From: Raillietiella orientalis
Taxonomy: Eukaryota
DNA: 64,000 nucleotides
Reading direction: 5' to 3'
Assembly (NCBI GenBank): GCA_036172245.1
Contig: JAYWIR010000059.1
Location: forward strand, 434,001-498,000
Part shown: one piece after another, positions 1 to 13,600 of the stretch
How the letters are laid out: each line of letters opens with the position of its first letter
Numbering within the stretch: the first letter of the stretch is position 1
Made by a program: the position numbers and the translations under genes
The notes under the pieces: generated by a model
Told to the model about the DNA's origin: nothing
The model's input: only the letters and a program-made list of their open reading frames with translations
Databases searched by the model: none

Positions 1-3000
1 AACGGAAGCGAATAACTCAAAATTCGCCTTCATTTATCCCACCCTAACCTAAAGTTACCGTTCCTAGAATTATTAGTAACAACTCTTTTCCATAAATCTA
101 AATCGTTTGCGATCACTTGAATAAATGCTCCCTATATGCTGGTTCAAATGCCTTAAGGGCTTGAATCGCCACATCACTGTGGACATAACGCTCAGTAATT
201 GTAGAACGAAAATGCAGGTTGATAAGAATACTGAATGGAAAGTAAAACTAGAAAGACGGAAGACAAAAAGTCATAATAACATGGAGAATAGTGATTCAAG
301 AATGAGTGGAAAATTCGTTTTCTTCCAGGAAGCTATCAATCGTAGACATAATGAAACACTTAGATTAAGATCTTTTGGAAAGTAAAAAGTTCATTTTCGA
401 TTTCTTTGTGCGTGTGTATGTGTACGATGCTTCTCTTGAAAACTAGTGTGTGAGTGTACGAGTATATTTTTGCGTCCTTCATCAAATGAAGACTTTCCAT
501 GAGTTCCAAAGTTACACAGGGTAGCTCCTTTTGACTCTCCCATGTGTCAACATCCAAAACAGAATGAATGCCGAAGTTTGGCACAGGAATACATTACAAA
601 CACAGAACTGGCTCCAAAAGCACACAATGACTTCGAAGTTTAACGGATGGAGTTAGATAATGTTTTGAAAATCGAAAGCAGTTCCTCCTCAAAGTGGGAA
701 GATCTTTTTCACCTTTTATTCTCATCTACGAAGATGAGTTGCGATCATCTTTCAAAGCACCAATACAGAACTCCTATCAAACGTTCGATTGATAGCGTAC
801 AAAGGGTTCCTGTTCACAAAGGAAGGCCTTGTCACCCCTTTGTGAGTTCTTATTTAATTGGTTTTTATGCACAATCGGGCACGTGTTCCCTTATTGTGAC
901 TTTTAGCACAGTAGATCTTTTCTCATTCTTTGATCGAAAAACACTATGTGTGAGTTTCTTAGATCTGGAAGCCAGAAATTGTCTCATGCTCCAACACCAA
1001 AGGAAGCATGTAAATTACGCAGCACAATGTGACCATTAGAAATATTAGAACTCTATTGTAAACCTTCTTTCTCATCCTTGAAGCACGCAGAGGCATTAAC
1101 GGAGATCACAAGCGAGCCGAGAGCAGTGCTGTGCATATATTTCCCGATGGCATCCGACGACGAATTTTACCTTCCTATCTGAATTTCACAGCGAAAGCAC
1201 ATGCAAGCTGAAGGAGGCGCTCAGCAAGTAGGGCGCAAGGCTAAAATGATAACCTTACTCCTTACTAGTGGATGACTAAGTCTTCAGCAGGGAAGCTTTC
1301 TGGTTGACGCTGCGTAATAGTAAGCTTGAATTTATTATTACTTGCACAGAATGCTCTGGATAATTTTTGCTGTTGTCGTTTTTCACCGCTAATCCCTCTG
1401 GAGAGGTTCAAATCATTTCTCAGTTTTCGAGTAATCTCTGATCGGTGAGGACATACCTCGCGGAGATGGTTTACATCTCATGTCGTGTGCGAGGACATCC
1501 TCGGGTCCTCATAGGCTTTTTCAGAGCTTTTCCGAATTGAAAACACGTGTTCTCAAGTCACCACCTTTCAGCACTTCTGATTGGCATTTATGAAATCGGA
1601 CAGTAATCTTAGTTAACTCTGTTCCGTGAAAGAATCTAAACGGTTTCCCACAAAATGGTGGCCCTGCTAATCTCGATAAATGATTTTCAAGACCCTTCCC
1701 CTTCTGGCTTGTCCTCTTTCAAATCATTTCATTCGTGGAGAGTCGCAGATCGGTGGTGGGTGAAGGAACGAGGCGACGAAAAAACTTTGCACGAAATGTA
1801 AAACGCGTATAAATTTTAGGTCTACAGAAAAAGGTTCACAGGTATTTCACTTCCTGCTTCCTCTGTTCTCTTTGGACGGAACCTTTGGTTGCCTCTCTGC
1901 GTTGCTCCAAGGTTCTAAACTGAGGCATCCAGATCTCGAAATTCAGCACTCATGCGAAGCAAAGCTGGCACAACGATTTAAGTGGTTACATGCAGTCCGC
2001 TTTCCCGAATCCTCTACCCGGAACTTCCGTTTCTGAGCCTGAGTGGGATGCTCTGTGCTACGCGACCGCTTGACACTCGCAAAGTGATTTGTGACGTGAT
2101 CTCGAAAAATGGGCTTCCCGACCTCTTCCGGTGCATCCGAAGAAAACGTTACGAAAGCTACGCATCGAACTCTTCCATCCGAAGAGTAGCTCGTTTCCAG
2201 GCTCCAAAGTGACGAATAAGCTCCGTACCCTTCTTCTTCAGCCTCGCAATTGCCGACAAACAAACCCAACCAACCTATAGGGAGGTTTGACTGGCTGGTA
2301 GCAGCCTTCACACGCCAACTTAAATCTGTCAACTCGCTTGTATTTTGAGTGCTCGAAAAGTCTCTGGAGTAGGAAAGGCAACGGAAACACCATGGGGATG
2401 GGAAAAGGAGGACGGAAAATAAATTCTGGTTCTAAATTGAGAGATGAACTTTTACTACTTGGTCAAACTTGTTCTCTTAGGATTGCAGTGGTTAACTACT
2501 AGAAAACGCAGTGGTTGAGATTGCTCTGATCGATATTGTACCAGGGTTTTCGTAGCCACTGACGGGAAGAGAAACATGAGACAGAAAAAAGCTTCCCTTT
2601 TGGACGCAGTAAGCGAGAAGACTTTCCACCATCAAAATCCCCACGGAATGTTTTGAGTGAAGTTCCTGATCTTCCAATACTCTGTCTCCTAGCAAACGAA
2701 AAGTTCAGGTGATACTTTAGATATGTTTCACTGCCTTTACGCGTATGTGACCTTCCTTAGAAGCAGTTCCGCACGATCGTGCAGTTCTAGAGGCTGAAGA
2801 TACACGATCAAGAAGACAGGTCCTCGTTATTCATAAACGTTTAGGAACTCATTGGAAGCTGTGCACCTGTACACCATGACACACTTGTTTTGAAATTTTC
2901 TCTCAAGCAAAACCATCATCCTTAAGCAAACCGTCTGACAAGGGTGGAAGCAGATAAGGAAAATTCAATATAGAGCCTCTGAGTAAACAGAAAAAAATCG

Positions 3001-6000
3001 GCCCTCTACCGGTGTGACAAACCTGAGATTCCTTAGTTTTGTCTTTCAATCATGTTTGCTAAAGTACCGCGTGTATGGAAGTTTAGCCCGATGATTTGCC
3101 GTGGAAAAATGCTTGAACTCTTGAAGGTGCCAATATCTCATCCAGATTGCTGGCTGGGAAGGCGATATCTCCAGAGACCGGAAACCATGGAGCTGAGCTG
3201 ATCTTCCTTTTGCATGTTCGTGACCCATCGCAAGGAAGTCCAGTTTTCTTTGCAAGAACCGTATATGGTTAGTGAATACAACATTTTACAAATAGTGAGT
3301 TGAGAACACCCTCAGTTTTTCATCATCATGAAGAAGTGACTTTGAGATAATGCCATTTTCAGGATGAGACGATACCTTTTCACAGAAAAGATGGAAGCCA
3401 CTCTGTTTAGGAGGAGAAGAAACTCTTAGAAACGCAACATATGTATTCCCGATATCAGATGGAATGTGACCTGTAGAAACAGAGCGCTGTGATGTCCACT
3501 TGAAGAGAGAACCAGAACCATTCCATGGAATGTATTGGTTTGATTTGTCCATTCGGCTGAATGGAATGCTTAAAGTGAAACATTTCTTGTTCCTGTGGTG
3601 AATCAAATAATAGGCTTTCAGGAAACAAATAGGAGTACCATCTTGAATTCCGCTGGGTACATCAGGACTCAGCTCAATACATGTTACTATGAGGAAGGCA
3701 TGTCATTTGCTTCCTTTAAATTTTTTTTTTTTTTTTTACAAAGATGAATATTTGAAGGGTAAACTCGAAAGTAATAACGACACCTCGTTTAACCATCTTT
3801 TAGAAAGCTCGAACTCCAGTGCTCGGTTGCCATGATGTTCTGGGATCTGTTTCAAGTGCGTTTTTCTAGATTACGTGACAACCTTTACATCTTCTCCTTG
3901 CTTCCTGACAACCCTCTTCAACAGTGATCCGTTCTAAGTGATTCTTCGATTCTGCAGTGGGTGAAATCCCGAAACGTTTAACAATATTTCTTTCATAAAA
4001 AACTACTTTTCCCGAGATTTTGAGAGAAAAAAAGGTATTTGAGGTGATCATTCCTTCTCTCCCCCACTCTTTCTTTTTTTTTTTTTCAATGTGGAGACGA
4101 CCAAACGCATTTATAAATCTCACTTTGAATCCTATCGTTCGGATTTATAGCACATGTGTGTGCTTCTGATTTTGAGGACGTAGAGAACTTTGCCCTTTTG
4201 CGAATCTTTGCGCTAGCATCCTGATAGTGGATGGCTTTGCAGGGAATCCTTGAAGAGGAAGCTATTCATGAAGTTTTCATCAGAAATACCAAAGCATCAG
4301 ACAGATGACAAAGACTCAATATCGTCGTCATACATCTTTTTTGCCCTTTCTCCAGACCAGCAGTGAACTGCTAACACTTTAGCGTAAGGAAAACCCTGGA
4401 AGCTGAACATCTAATAGACTTGGGTGCTGTTCGTGTTTGAAAACCAAAGAAAGCAAGATACTGCATATTTACTCGCAGGATCATTCCTGATTGCTGTTTC
4501 CATTGATTTTATTTTGTTCCCTGGAACCGGAAACTATTAGAGGCGCTGGCTCATTCAGGAAATTAAGTACAAAAGCTGTGAAAGCTAAAGAAACCGTCAG
4601 AAGTATCATATTACACGCTAGAGAGTACCTTCCAATTACGTGCTTCATGCTGGTAGATTTATGGAAGGTACGTACAAGGAGCCATTTGATTCCAGCATCC
4701 TTACAGTCCTTCCCGTAATTTATCAAAAACGAACCGACTTTTTTTACCTAGAAGACGGACTTCAAATATTGCAATTGGAAACTTCCGAAGTAGCCAGAAG
4801 TAGGGCTCGTAGGAGCAGCCTCTAAACAACACTCAATCATGCAAAACACCTACACTGATCTCCGTTTCAAAAATCATGACACTCTCAAAAGCTGAACTTT
4901 GGAGTCGAGTAAACCCGCCGTAGACGAAGTCTGCGCAGAATAGGTGGTAAGCAAGATGCATTCGCGGAATTTCCGCCATAAACTTCCCAGCCAAACAATT
5001 TTGAAGTATAAATGTTTGCAAACCAAAAGTCCCCTCTGTTATCCGCTCGTCTCCGGCACCCATCTATAGAAATAATAATTCATAAAGGATACCCCCTGTT
5101 TTATTCTTGTCATCTCATGACTCGGTCGAGAGAGCTCATTTCGCACGGAGAGAACAATAGCATCCTTTTGTTTGTTTCATGATCTATTAAATACTGTGGC
5201 AGCATTTCATGGATAGTCATGGGCAAGAAGCCATGAAGACTTTTTTGTTTATCAAAAAGGTTTAAGCCTCCCCCCCCCCTCTTGCATTCGGTGTGCAAAC
5301 GGCTTGCATTCGGATACTCTTAGGTGCAAGAAAGGACGAGAAGACAAAGAGTTGATAGACACAGACGTTCCGGAAACGGCAGAACAGATCTGATGTCACC
5401 CTCATGCGAGATTACTAGCCGAAAACGTGAGTACAACCCGAACAGAAAATTACTGACCACGTCTGCATTTACCTCGTGCACATTCCCCGTAGCAAGGAAT
5501 CCATAAAGGACAAGCTTACCAGCAATGTTATGAACTTCTCCATCCCTGGTGCATATTTCCTTCTCATACATCAGGACGCGTCACGACCAAAGCACTCATT
5601 CCTAAGCATGGATGATCAGACATGCAGATATCACGGCAGCTAGATGCAAACTGATTAGCTTGTTTGCGGGCTCTCAGCTACAGGTGAAACTGGGAAAGTG
5701 TGGCGCGTCAACCTGAAGACACGAAGAATGCAAGAAACATCGGGAATTACTACCAAAGAAAAGGCTGCTTGATAATGAGAGAGTACGGAGTATTAATGTA
5801 TGTTTTATTGGGTGTTACCTAATGCATCACGTATTCAGCAGGGTATACCTGTAAGGCATTCATTCATTCTCGTGTGTGTGTGCATTTTTTGAATCTCTAC
5901 TATTAACCATCTGAGTGTGTAATATCCAGCAGTTGTGAGGCGACACAGCAATTCATCTTGGTGGTTCGTTTGAGAGTCATAGCACCGGGTCTAGTGCCAA

Positions 6001-9000
6001 TCATTGATGAATCATCTAAGTCACGTTGGAAAAATATTGCCACCGCGAAAAGCAAGCAAGAAAAATATGCTGCATTATTCTTGGTGGATGAGATCATACA
6101 TAATTCATGCTATTTATTTTTTTTTAATTCGGGAGCTTTGAATCTTTAGTCATGAGTCCGGGAGGGAATGAATACCATTTTTGTCTCCTATCTTACTGTC
6201 TTGTATCTGCTTTTGAAGCATGAAAGTTATACCTGACCTTATCTCTGAGATGCTTCACACTCTTTGCTTCTGAGCATTTATTCCAAAAACGATTTGAAAC
6301 CCCGAGTTATCCCACTACACTTTCTGGAAAGTTCTTTGTGGCAGTTGTGTGTTTGAACTATCAGCTGCAAAACTTTGTCGATAGATCAGAAATAAATAAA
6401 ATCTCCCTTCTGCATCCCCGATGTATTAACTGAGGCATCCAAATGCTCCTGTTCCTGTTCCTGTTGAAATTATGGACACACGAAGTTCAGCATGAAGTTT
6501 CTCATTGGTGGAAGGATCCTGAAATGCGTAAGGATTCGAACGGTTAGGTTCCATAATTAGAGCGGTTTACGGTCATCAGCAGCTCATCATCAGTTCATCT
6601 GCATTAGACTTTGCCACAATCTTTTCCTTGCTTTTCTGCTTCATCGCCAACCTTCTTTTTACTTACACTTTATCAGCTCAAAGAAAGTCATTGATAACAA
6701 AAAGGAAGAGAAACTCTTTGATACCTCGTACACTGCTTTTGAAAGGATGTGTTAAAGGCAGGAGTTTCATGTTATAACCTAAAACCTATGAGCATGTGCG
6801 TTCAAATGTTGCGATTTGGAACTTCTGATTCAGGTGTTTTCGTTTCTTAAGACATTTCTGCGACTTCGTGGAACTTCCTGACAGTGTGAGCTTCGCATCT
6901 CCTTTCGTCTTTCTTCGTGTCCGGATAATTGAAAAAAACGGCAACCACAAGAAAACTTTTAATTTTTGTTTAGTCAGAAGTTCCTCCTCGTAATTGGAAT
7001 TCAGATTTTATGAAGGCATGCTATGATCCTGAACACGGACTACATCACCACACAGTCAGGATTGCAAAACCTTGACTCCGATACTTGCAAAGAAAGACTG
7101 GTCATGAAATTCGTGCTGGATAAAGGAACGATAGATGGAATGTGAAACACAAAGAGTAGGATGGGAGAGTCTTTTGAAATGTTTGATCAGGGATTTCGAA
7201 AAACGCCAAGCGATAGGGACCCGAAAGAGCAACACACAAATGCATAGCGTTTAGTAACCACAGTGAAGGTTTTTTTTTTTTTCTTCCCTTCTTCATCCAG
7301 AGATAAGTTCCTCCTCTTGTTTCTTCTCTAAACGTTTGTTTTTCCTTTTCTGTTGAAGACCAGTAACTTGTGAGATGTAAAAAGGTAGGAGGCTGTTCTT
7401 TATGTATTTTCGTTTTTAACGAAATTTCATATCTTTATCATCGTGATATTTCACTATCCGTCTTCCGCCAGTAAACCAATGCTATATGACGCCAGAATGA
7501 GACTTTATCGCTGGTAAGATGTTCCAAAGAAGCCTTGTGATTAGAATGCATGCTCTATTTATGCTACCATTTCCAGGTCAAATTATTCTTCAGAACTGAC
7601 AAACTCCAACTGTATGATCTTTCATCATAGTGATCGGTGGAAAACATGTGCCGGTGATTTATGATTTCTTAAAAACAAGCAGACTTCTTTGAAAGCGTAT
7701 TAGATGGACAAACAGATTTCAAGAGTGTAGGCAATAAGTACTTCTGGGTTTGAGTCTACCTGCCCTAACTATTTCATCTAAAGGAGCCACTTGAGCTAAA
7801 ATAGTAGATTCGTTTAGCAAACTTAGTCTGCTACAGAACTGATGGCATTTTCCAAGGGTTCCACGCTGCCTGAGTGATTGAGCTATCGGCTCAGTTTACC
7901 TTCATCTACTGAAGCTTATAAACTTGTCTGTCCCTTAATCGTGTTAGGTTCCATGAAAGCTGTCCCGTTCGGAAGCGATGCAAACAGCTGAATCCGGAGC
8001 ATGGCAACTGCATTTGGGAAATTTGTAGAGCTTGTGAAGTCAGGCACTCATGAGAACCTAACAACCCTAAACCACCATGCCAGCTTTCCCAATTCATTTC
8101 AGTGTTCTAAGAGTTCCATGCCTGTCAGGTCCTTAACGGAAGCAGTTTCTATAAAGGAAGAACAGAATTTCGATCTATTGTAGAATAGTATAAAAACTTG
8201 TCTTTAAAAATGGCTGATTGCTACGAGAGTTTAAAGCATCTCAAGCTTTAGATATATATACATGTATAGCTTATGATAGATATAGATGTTGATATGTATC
8301 CTAATACGTCCTCCCAACTAGCAATAATCACTCCTCCGTTTACGTCCTCGGTTATGATATTGCCCATGCGCAAAGCTAGATATATTCAATAGATATGGAT
8401 ATCTTCAATACGTCCTTCCAAAGTCATAAATCTCCGAATTAATCTGAATGTTAATAAATTGTGTGACGAATAAATTTGTGGATTTACAGCTTGGATGCTG
8501 TGACTGCAGGAAATTTCACACTCTCATCTCCATGGAAGCAGCATGTGTCAAGGTCGTTATGCTGCTATCAGAATTCAGCATTGAAACATCCGACAGTGAC
8601 TAGGAACACTGAATCATCTCATTTCAATTTCTGAAACACTTTCGGTTCTTCTCGATTCTTTCCGTAAAACTTTACCGAATCGAGAAGAGGGAAGAGAAGC
8701 TGAAGAAAAAGATGAAATTACGAAAAGGTTTCAAAATGCTTTCTCAGTGCACAGTTTCCTCAAGTTCCATGGCAAGTCGTTCAAGATTGATGCAAAAGTG
8801 TTCGAAGCTTCTCGACTTTCAAATCCAGTCAATTATCACATCTATTTATGGAAAATTCACAGCTTTCTATTTGAGATCGCGCTCTCCATTGGTTTGTTGC
8901 ATTTTTCCATGAGATTTCCTTTTTCCCACAAACTGTTCTGAATTCTCCGAGATCTGGGCTCTGAGTTTACATCTCGTTTTTCTTTGGATCTCGAAGGCGC

Positions 9001-9599
9001 TTACGAGAAAATTCTTCATGAAGGCTTCATGCCACACCTCACTTAAAAGCACTGTGTCATCTTTCAGAAGGATCTGATTTTCATGGACTCTCTCATCCGA
9101 ACGGATTTGGTGATAGCAACTGCCTTAAAAACCATGCTGCTCTGCGTTTTGCATTCTCACTTTTGCGAGACATTTGCACATCTGATAATTTGTACTCGTG
9201 ATCTCCTTAAAAAAAAAAAAAAATCCATGCACTTAGTTTAGTGACTTTATATGGAATCTGTCATCCTCCTTCCTACTCTAGAAGGCGCTGCATATTGATC
9301 TGCTAGCTTAATCTCCAGAAACTGTCTCGAAATCAATGGACTCGTCGTCGAAAACGCAGCCTCATGTAAATGCGTTTTGAGCATTCCTATTCCCAGTCGT
9401 GTGCCGAAAACCTTGGTATGAATTCAATGCAGTTCTACGGTCATCACACGTCAGAACTTTCCTTTCCTTTGGATAAAAGGAGCATTGAGGGTTTATGCTG
9501 TGCTTCTTTTGAAATTGCAAAAATCACCTGACATGCAGGAGTGCAGGAGGTGATGTGGAATGCTGAAAGCATATCAGGGTTCCAAATGCTGTCCTCTAC

Positions 9600-10653
9600 C
9601 TTTGTTTTTCTACTTTCTACTTTTACTTCCTCTCACTTCCATGATCGAAATGCTGTATCAAAAGAAAAATAGAAATTTCTAAATGTCAGATGGAACCATA
9701 AATAACATGGATAATAAGCTGACTGAACCATTAAAATATTCAAGAAACATGAGAGAACCAAAGATGAACTTCTATAGGATTCCAGATTAAGAATTTTTCT
9801 AAATTCCCAGGTAGAATCCTAGGGAAAGCAGTCATTCCTGAATGATCGAGTGTATCTTTCCTCGAAATCTTCAATAACATACATAGCTCGCCTTCGATGC
9901 ACTCTTATTGCTCCTAGAGAAGTTCTTGAGAGGGAAGTTAACATTTTAATCAGTTAGGCACTCCGTAGAAAGAAAGAAAAAAGATGGTACGTAATTCTTG
10001 AACCTTTGCAGCAGTGGAGTTGGAAAAAAAAAAAAAAAAAAGACGATCCATTCCATTGCTGCGAAGTACTGACTTCAGTTTTCTGCAGAAATTGGTTTTA
10101 ATAACATGGGCTGAGCTGTGTCACTGTTCGAACACTGAACGTAAATTTGTCTTCACTGTCGCAGCACCACTGCTGGTTTGCAGCTGCAGAGACAAAGATT
10201 TGACTTATGCCAGTCGCGAAGAGAAATCTTCAAGTTGTAAAGTTCATGAAATCTACGTGGAGAATTGCGGCACTAAATAGTAACCACACGAAATTAAGAA
10301 AAAGTCCTCGATGGCTTTATAGCCGTTTGAACAAATGACAGTGCAGCAGATTAAAGTATTACTATATGGTAATGATTCAGGTATTACTACACGGTAAAGT
10401 TAGGGGTTCTTTTACAGCTGAGCACAGCGCCTTGCATCTTTGTTTTTCTAATTTCTAGTTTTAGTTCCTCTCACTTCCATGATCGAAATGCTGTATCAAA
10501 AAAAAAAAAATTCAAAAAGAAAAATAGAAATTTCTAAATGTCAGATGAAACCATAAATAACATGGATAATTAGCTGACTGAACCATTAAAATATTCAAGA
10601 AACATCAGAGAACGAAAGGTGAAGTTCGATGGGATTCTAGATTTAGAATTTTT
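9600..10653 (+). repeat. Local direct duplication of ~200 bp (9600-9798 and 10438-10653)
   Basis: Shared CCTCTCACTTCCATGATCGAAATGCTGTATCAAA...GCTGACTGAACCATTAAAATATTCAAGAAACAT; the second copy has an expanded A-tract and scattered substitutions. Confidence 0.92.
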
Positions 10654-13600
10654 ATTTTGATTCATGTTTTGTTATAAGTACCTTAAATAATTTCTTAACT
10701 TTATATATTTTAAATCTATGCATTTTAAATAATTTATAAGGTTTTCTCACCTTTATTGCACACTCTTCAAATAATTCAAATTTTATGTAAGAATGACATA
10801 TTTTATCTATTTCTGTTCGAACATTTCTTCGAACTGTCATCTCATTTCCAATTAGCGTTCCATAAAATAAATGCCCTCATTAGCAAAAAGTGGCTCTGGA
10901 TGAAAGATTCATTCACGTGAAAGGTCCACAGCAAGTGCAACACATCTGTTCTTAATAGGACTCCGAAGATTTCAGCTTTAGATTCAATCGTTCTGAACCA
11001 TCTTTGCAACCAACTAGATTGTCCATTTTTCCCATCACTCAATGTGCCACAGATGGCCGATTGCTGATCACACTCTCTCATGGTTTACAGAATGCAATTT
11101 ATATTTGCGAAATGAGGATGAAGGACCACTCTCACGCATCAGCGCAGCTCAAGCGTGCACCATGCTCAAAGTTCGAATCCGTTTTTCAGTAAAGTGCGAT
11201 CGACAGAGTGACGATGAAACCACAATACGAAACGAAGTTCGTCGTGTTCTTGCACGCTATCCTTGAAGAAGGAAGAAAAAAAACGCTCACATTTCAGAAG
11301 CTAAAAGCTTCAGATTCGTTCTTAAAACAGTAGACTGTTTCCAAGCAACAATAAGTATCTTACAAAGAGAGCAGCTGAAAAGTACAACCGACAATAGATC
11401 TTACTCCACTGCCAACCACATTCCATTATACATAGATGCTCTTTCTAAATGGCATGCGTTTCCTTTTGAGGGTAACAGAAGTTCAGCTGAGAAACTAGAC
11501 TGCAGTTAATTTCCTCTTAGCGATGACTCCATGCGCACCATCAAGATTCTCACTGAGGACTAGATACTCTTGACTCTTTCTGTACTTGGGGATTTCTGAC
11601 CATCACTTTTCCTCTTTATCCAGGTCGATTTTCTCGATTCTTTCCATCGAAAAACAACAACAAAAATTCCCCGCAGTCTCGCACCACGTTATCTTTCAGA
11701 GATAACAACGCGTCTTTACAGCTAAACCTGTGGCTCTCAGTGATGGTCGCGATGGTTCTGAAGGCGAAGGAGCTTAGAAATCATCGTGAATCATAGCCGA
11801 CTTCTGGAGCTGTTCGTCTGCTTGGAATCCACATTTGTGGAAAACCCCTATGAAGTTTCCCGCAGCCAGGAGTTCTCACGAAAAGCTGTCAATGCAGATG
11901 ACGATCTTACAAGAATTAGTAGCAACCGAAGAAAAAATCTGTGGAATGATTTTAGATGAACAAAATTCAACTCCGAAAGAAGAGGCAGCACAGATAAAAT
12001 GCAAAAATCTAACAAAGGGAAAAGGAATGACCTATATAAGAAAAACCCATTTTCGTTGATGAGTCAGTGGAATTTATAAAAACAAAGTAGAAATTCCATT
12101 CATTGATTGATTAGCAGGATTGTCATTCTGGAGGTATTTCCTGAGTGAGATGATTGAAAGATGTCGGTGCGGAAATGCTTCTATTCTTCTCTCGTGACGC
12201 AAACAAGCATTATAGAGACCAGAAACAGCAGATAATAGACATTGCAAAAAGAGATCATCGTCAATGCCTGTTAAGCTATTCTTTAGAACAGCTACCGTGG
12301 AGAGAGAAATCTATCATTAGTCAGCTTAGAACCTTCTGGTGAGGATGCCTTTTGCAATGGTGAAGTTCCAATGGTGTTGCGAGAAGCGTAATGAGAAGCC
12401 TATGTAATAGGTTTTCGATCAGTCTGCATCATCCGGAAATTTCAAACCTTGAGCGTGAAATCGAACACTCGCTTTTTTTGCTCTGAGACAAGCTGAGTGA
12501 TACATCTCGAGTTGGAATCTGAACATAAGAAATGCCCTTTTTAATAACCAAAAAGCTGGTTAAAAAAACAAACTCTGAAATTAAAGCCCAAACCCATGAT
12601 TTCCAAGCCATCCATCATTGAAAAGGAAACAGTGTCTCCAGATGTGAATGATTCAGAGCATCAGTACTGTTTTCCTTGGTTTCACGGCTCAGAAGAATTT
12701 CGGAACATGACCGTATTTCCCTTCCCTTTCAAACACCTTCCCCTGTTTGCGCCAGGAAAGATTTCGAGAAACAGAAAAGGGCTTTCAGTTTCTCAGTAAA
12801 GTGCTTCCTACTTGGGCTGGCTAAAGGAGAAGCAGATAATTGGCCAATTGATGCGCAAAGTCTTAAGGAAAAGGTAGGACATGTTCGCAAATTTTAACTT
12901 GTGCTCTTGAGTGCAGAAGTGACTCTTGTATGAAGCCAAGCGCTCTGAGGCAGCCTCATTCAAGACATCTAAATTTGCATCTCTGGAGATACTGTTTCAT
13001 GGAATGGAGTCCACGATCATCAAGAGCATAATAAATATAACCAAGAATGGGAATCTGAAGAGTGCTGGAGCTCCAGTTCAGCTGAGAGCCAAAGCTTGTT
13101 TGCTTTTTATCCAGTCTGGACCGAGCTTTCAGTCTCATAAATTTGTCACACCTAATTCCTATAGCCCTCTATCCCATTTCCTCGTGAATAACCGTAGGTC
13201 TCGGAGTGGAAAAATCCCCTCACAGAAGTTGGAATATTTAATCGGTCCAATTCTTTGTGAGAAAAAATCTACTCCCCCTAAATTTGTTTGTTTGGACGGT
13301 CTTTTTGCTTCTCCTGTGCTTTCGAGATGTAGCTGGCAGCAACACAAAATAGATTACTCTGGAAATTTCGCACGAAAAAAGGTTTACATGAAGATATGGA
13401 TTTTTGCATCGCTCTTGAAGAATTAAGCTGCTACAAATTCTCCGCTGATTATCAACAATTTTTTTTTCTTTTTTTTTTTTCTATCAGAATAATGGAATGC
13501 ATCTCCTTCAGGCGAAAAAGAAATTTCTTCGTGCAGGAAAAAATAAATGGCAGCATTTTTTTTTACGTCTCTCCCTTATGAATTTCACCTTTGCCTTTGT

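Noticed and set aside
8647..8688. 12-bp inverted repeat TCTTCTCGATTC/GAATCGAGAAGA
   Set aside because: Short, with no supporting context; not distinguishable from background
12926..13426. 166-aa + strand ORF
   Set aside because: Non-ATG start, no recognisable domain, no coding-like composition or splice context; consistent with a chance ORF
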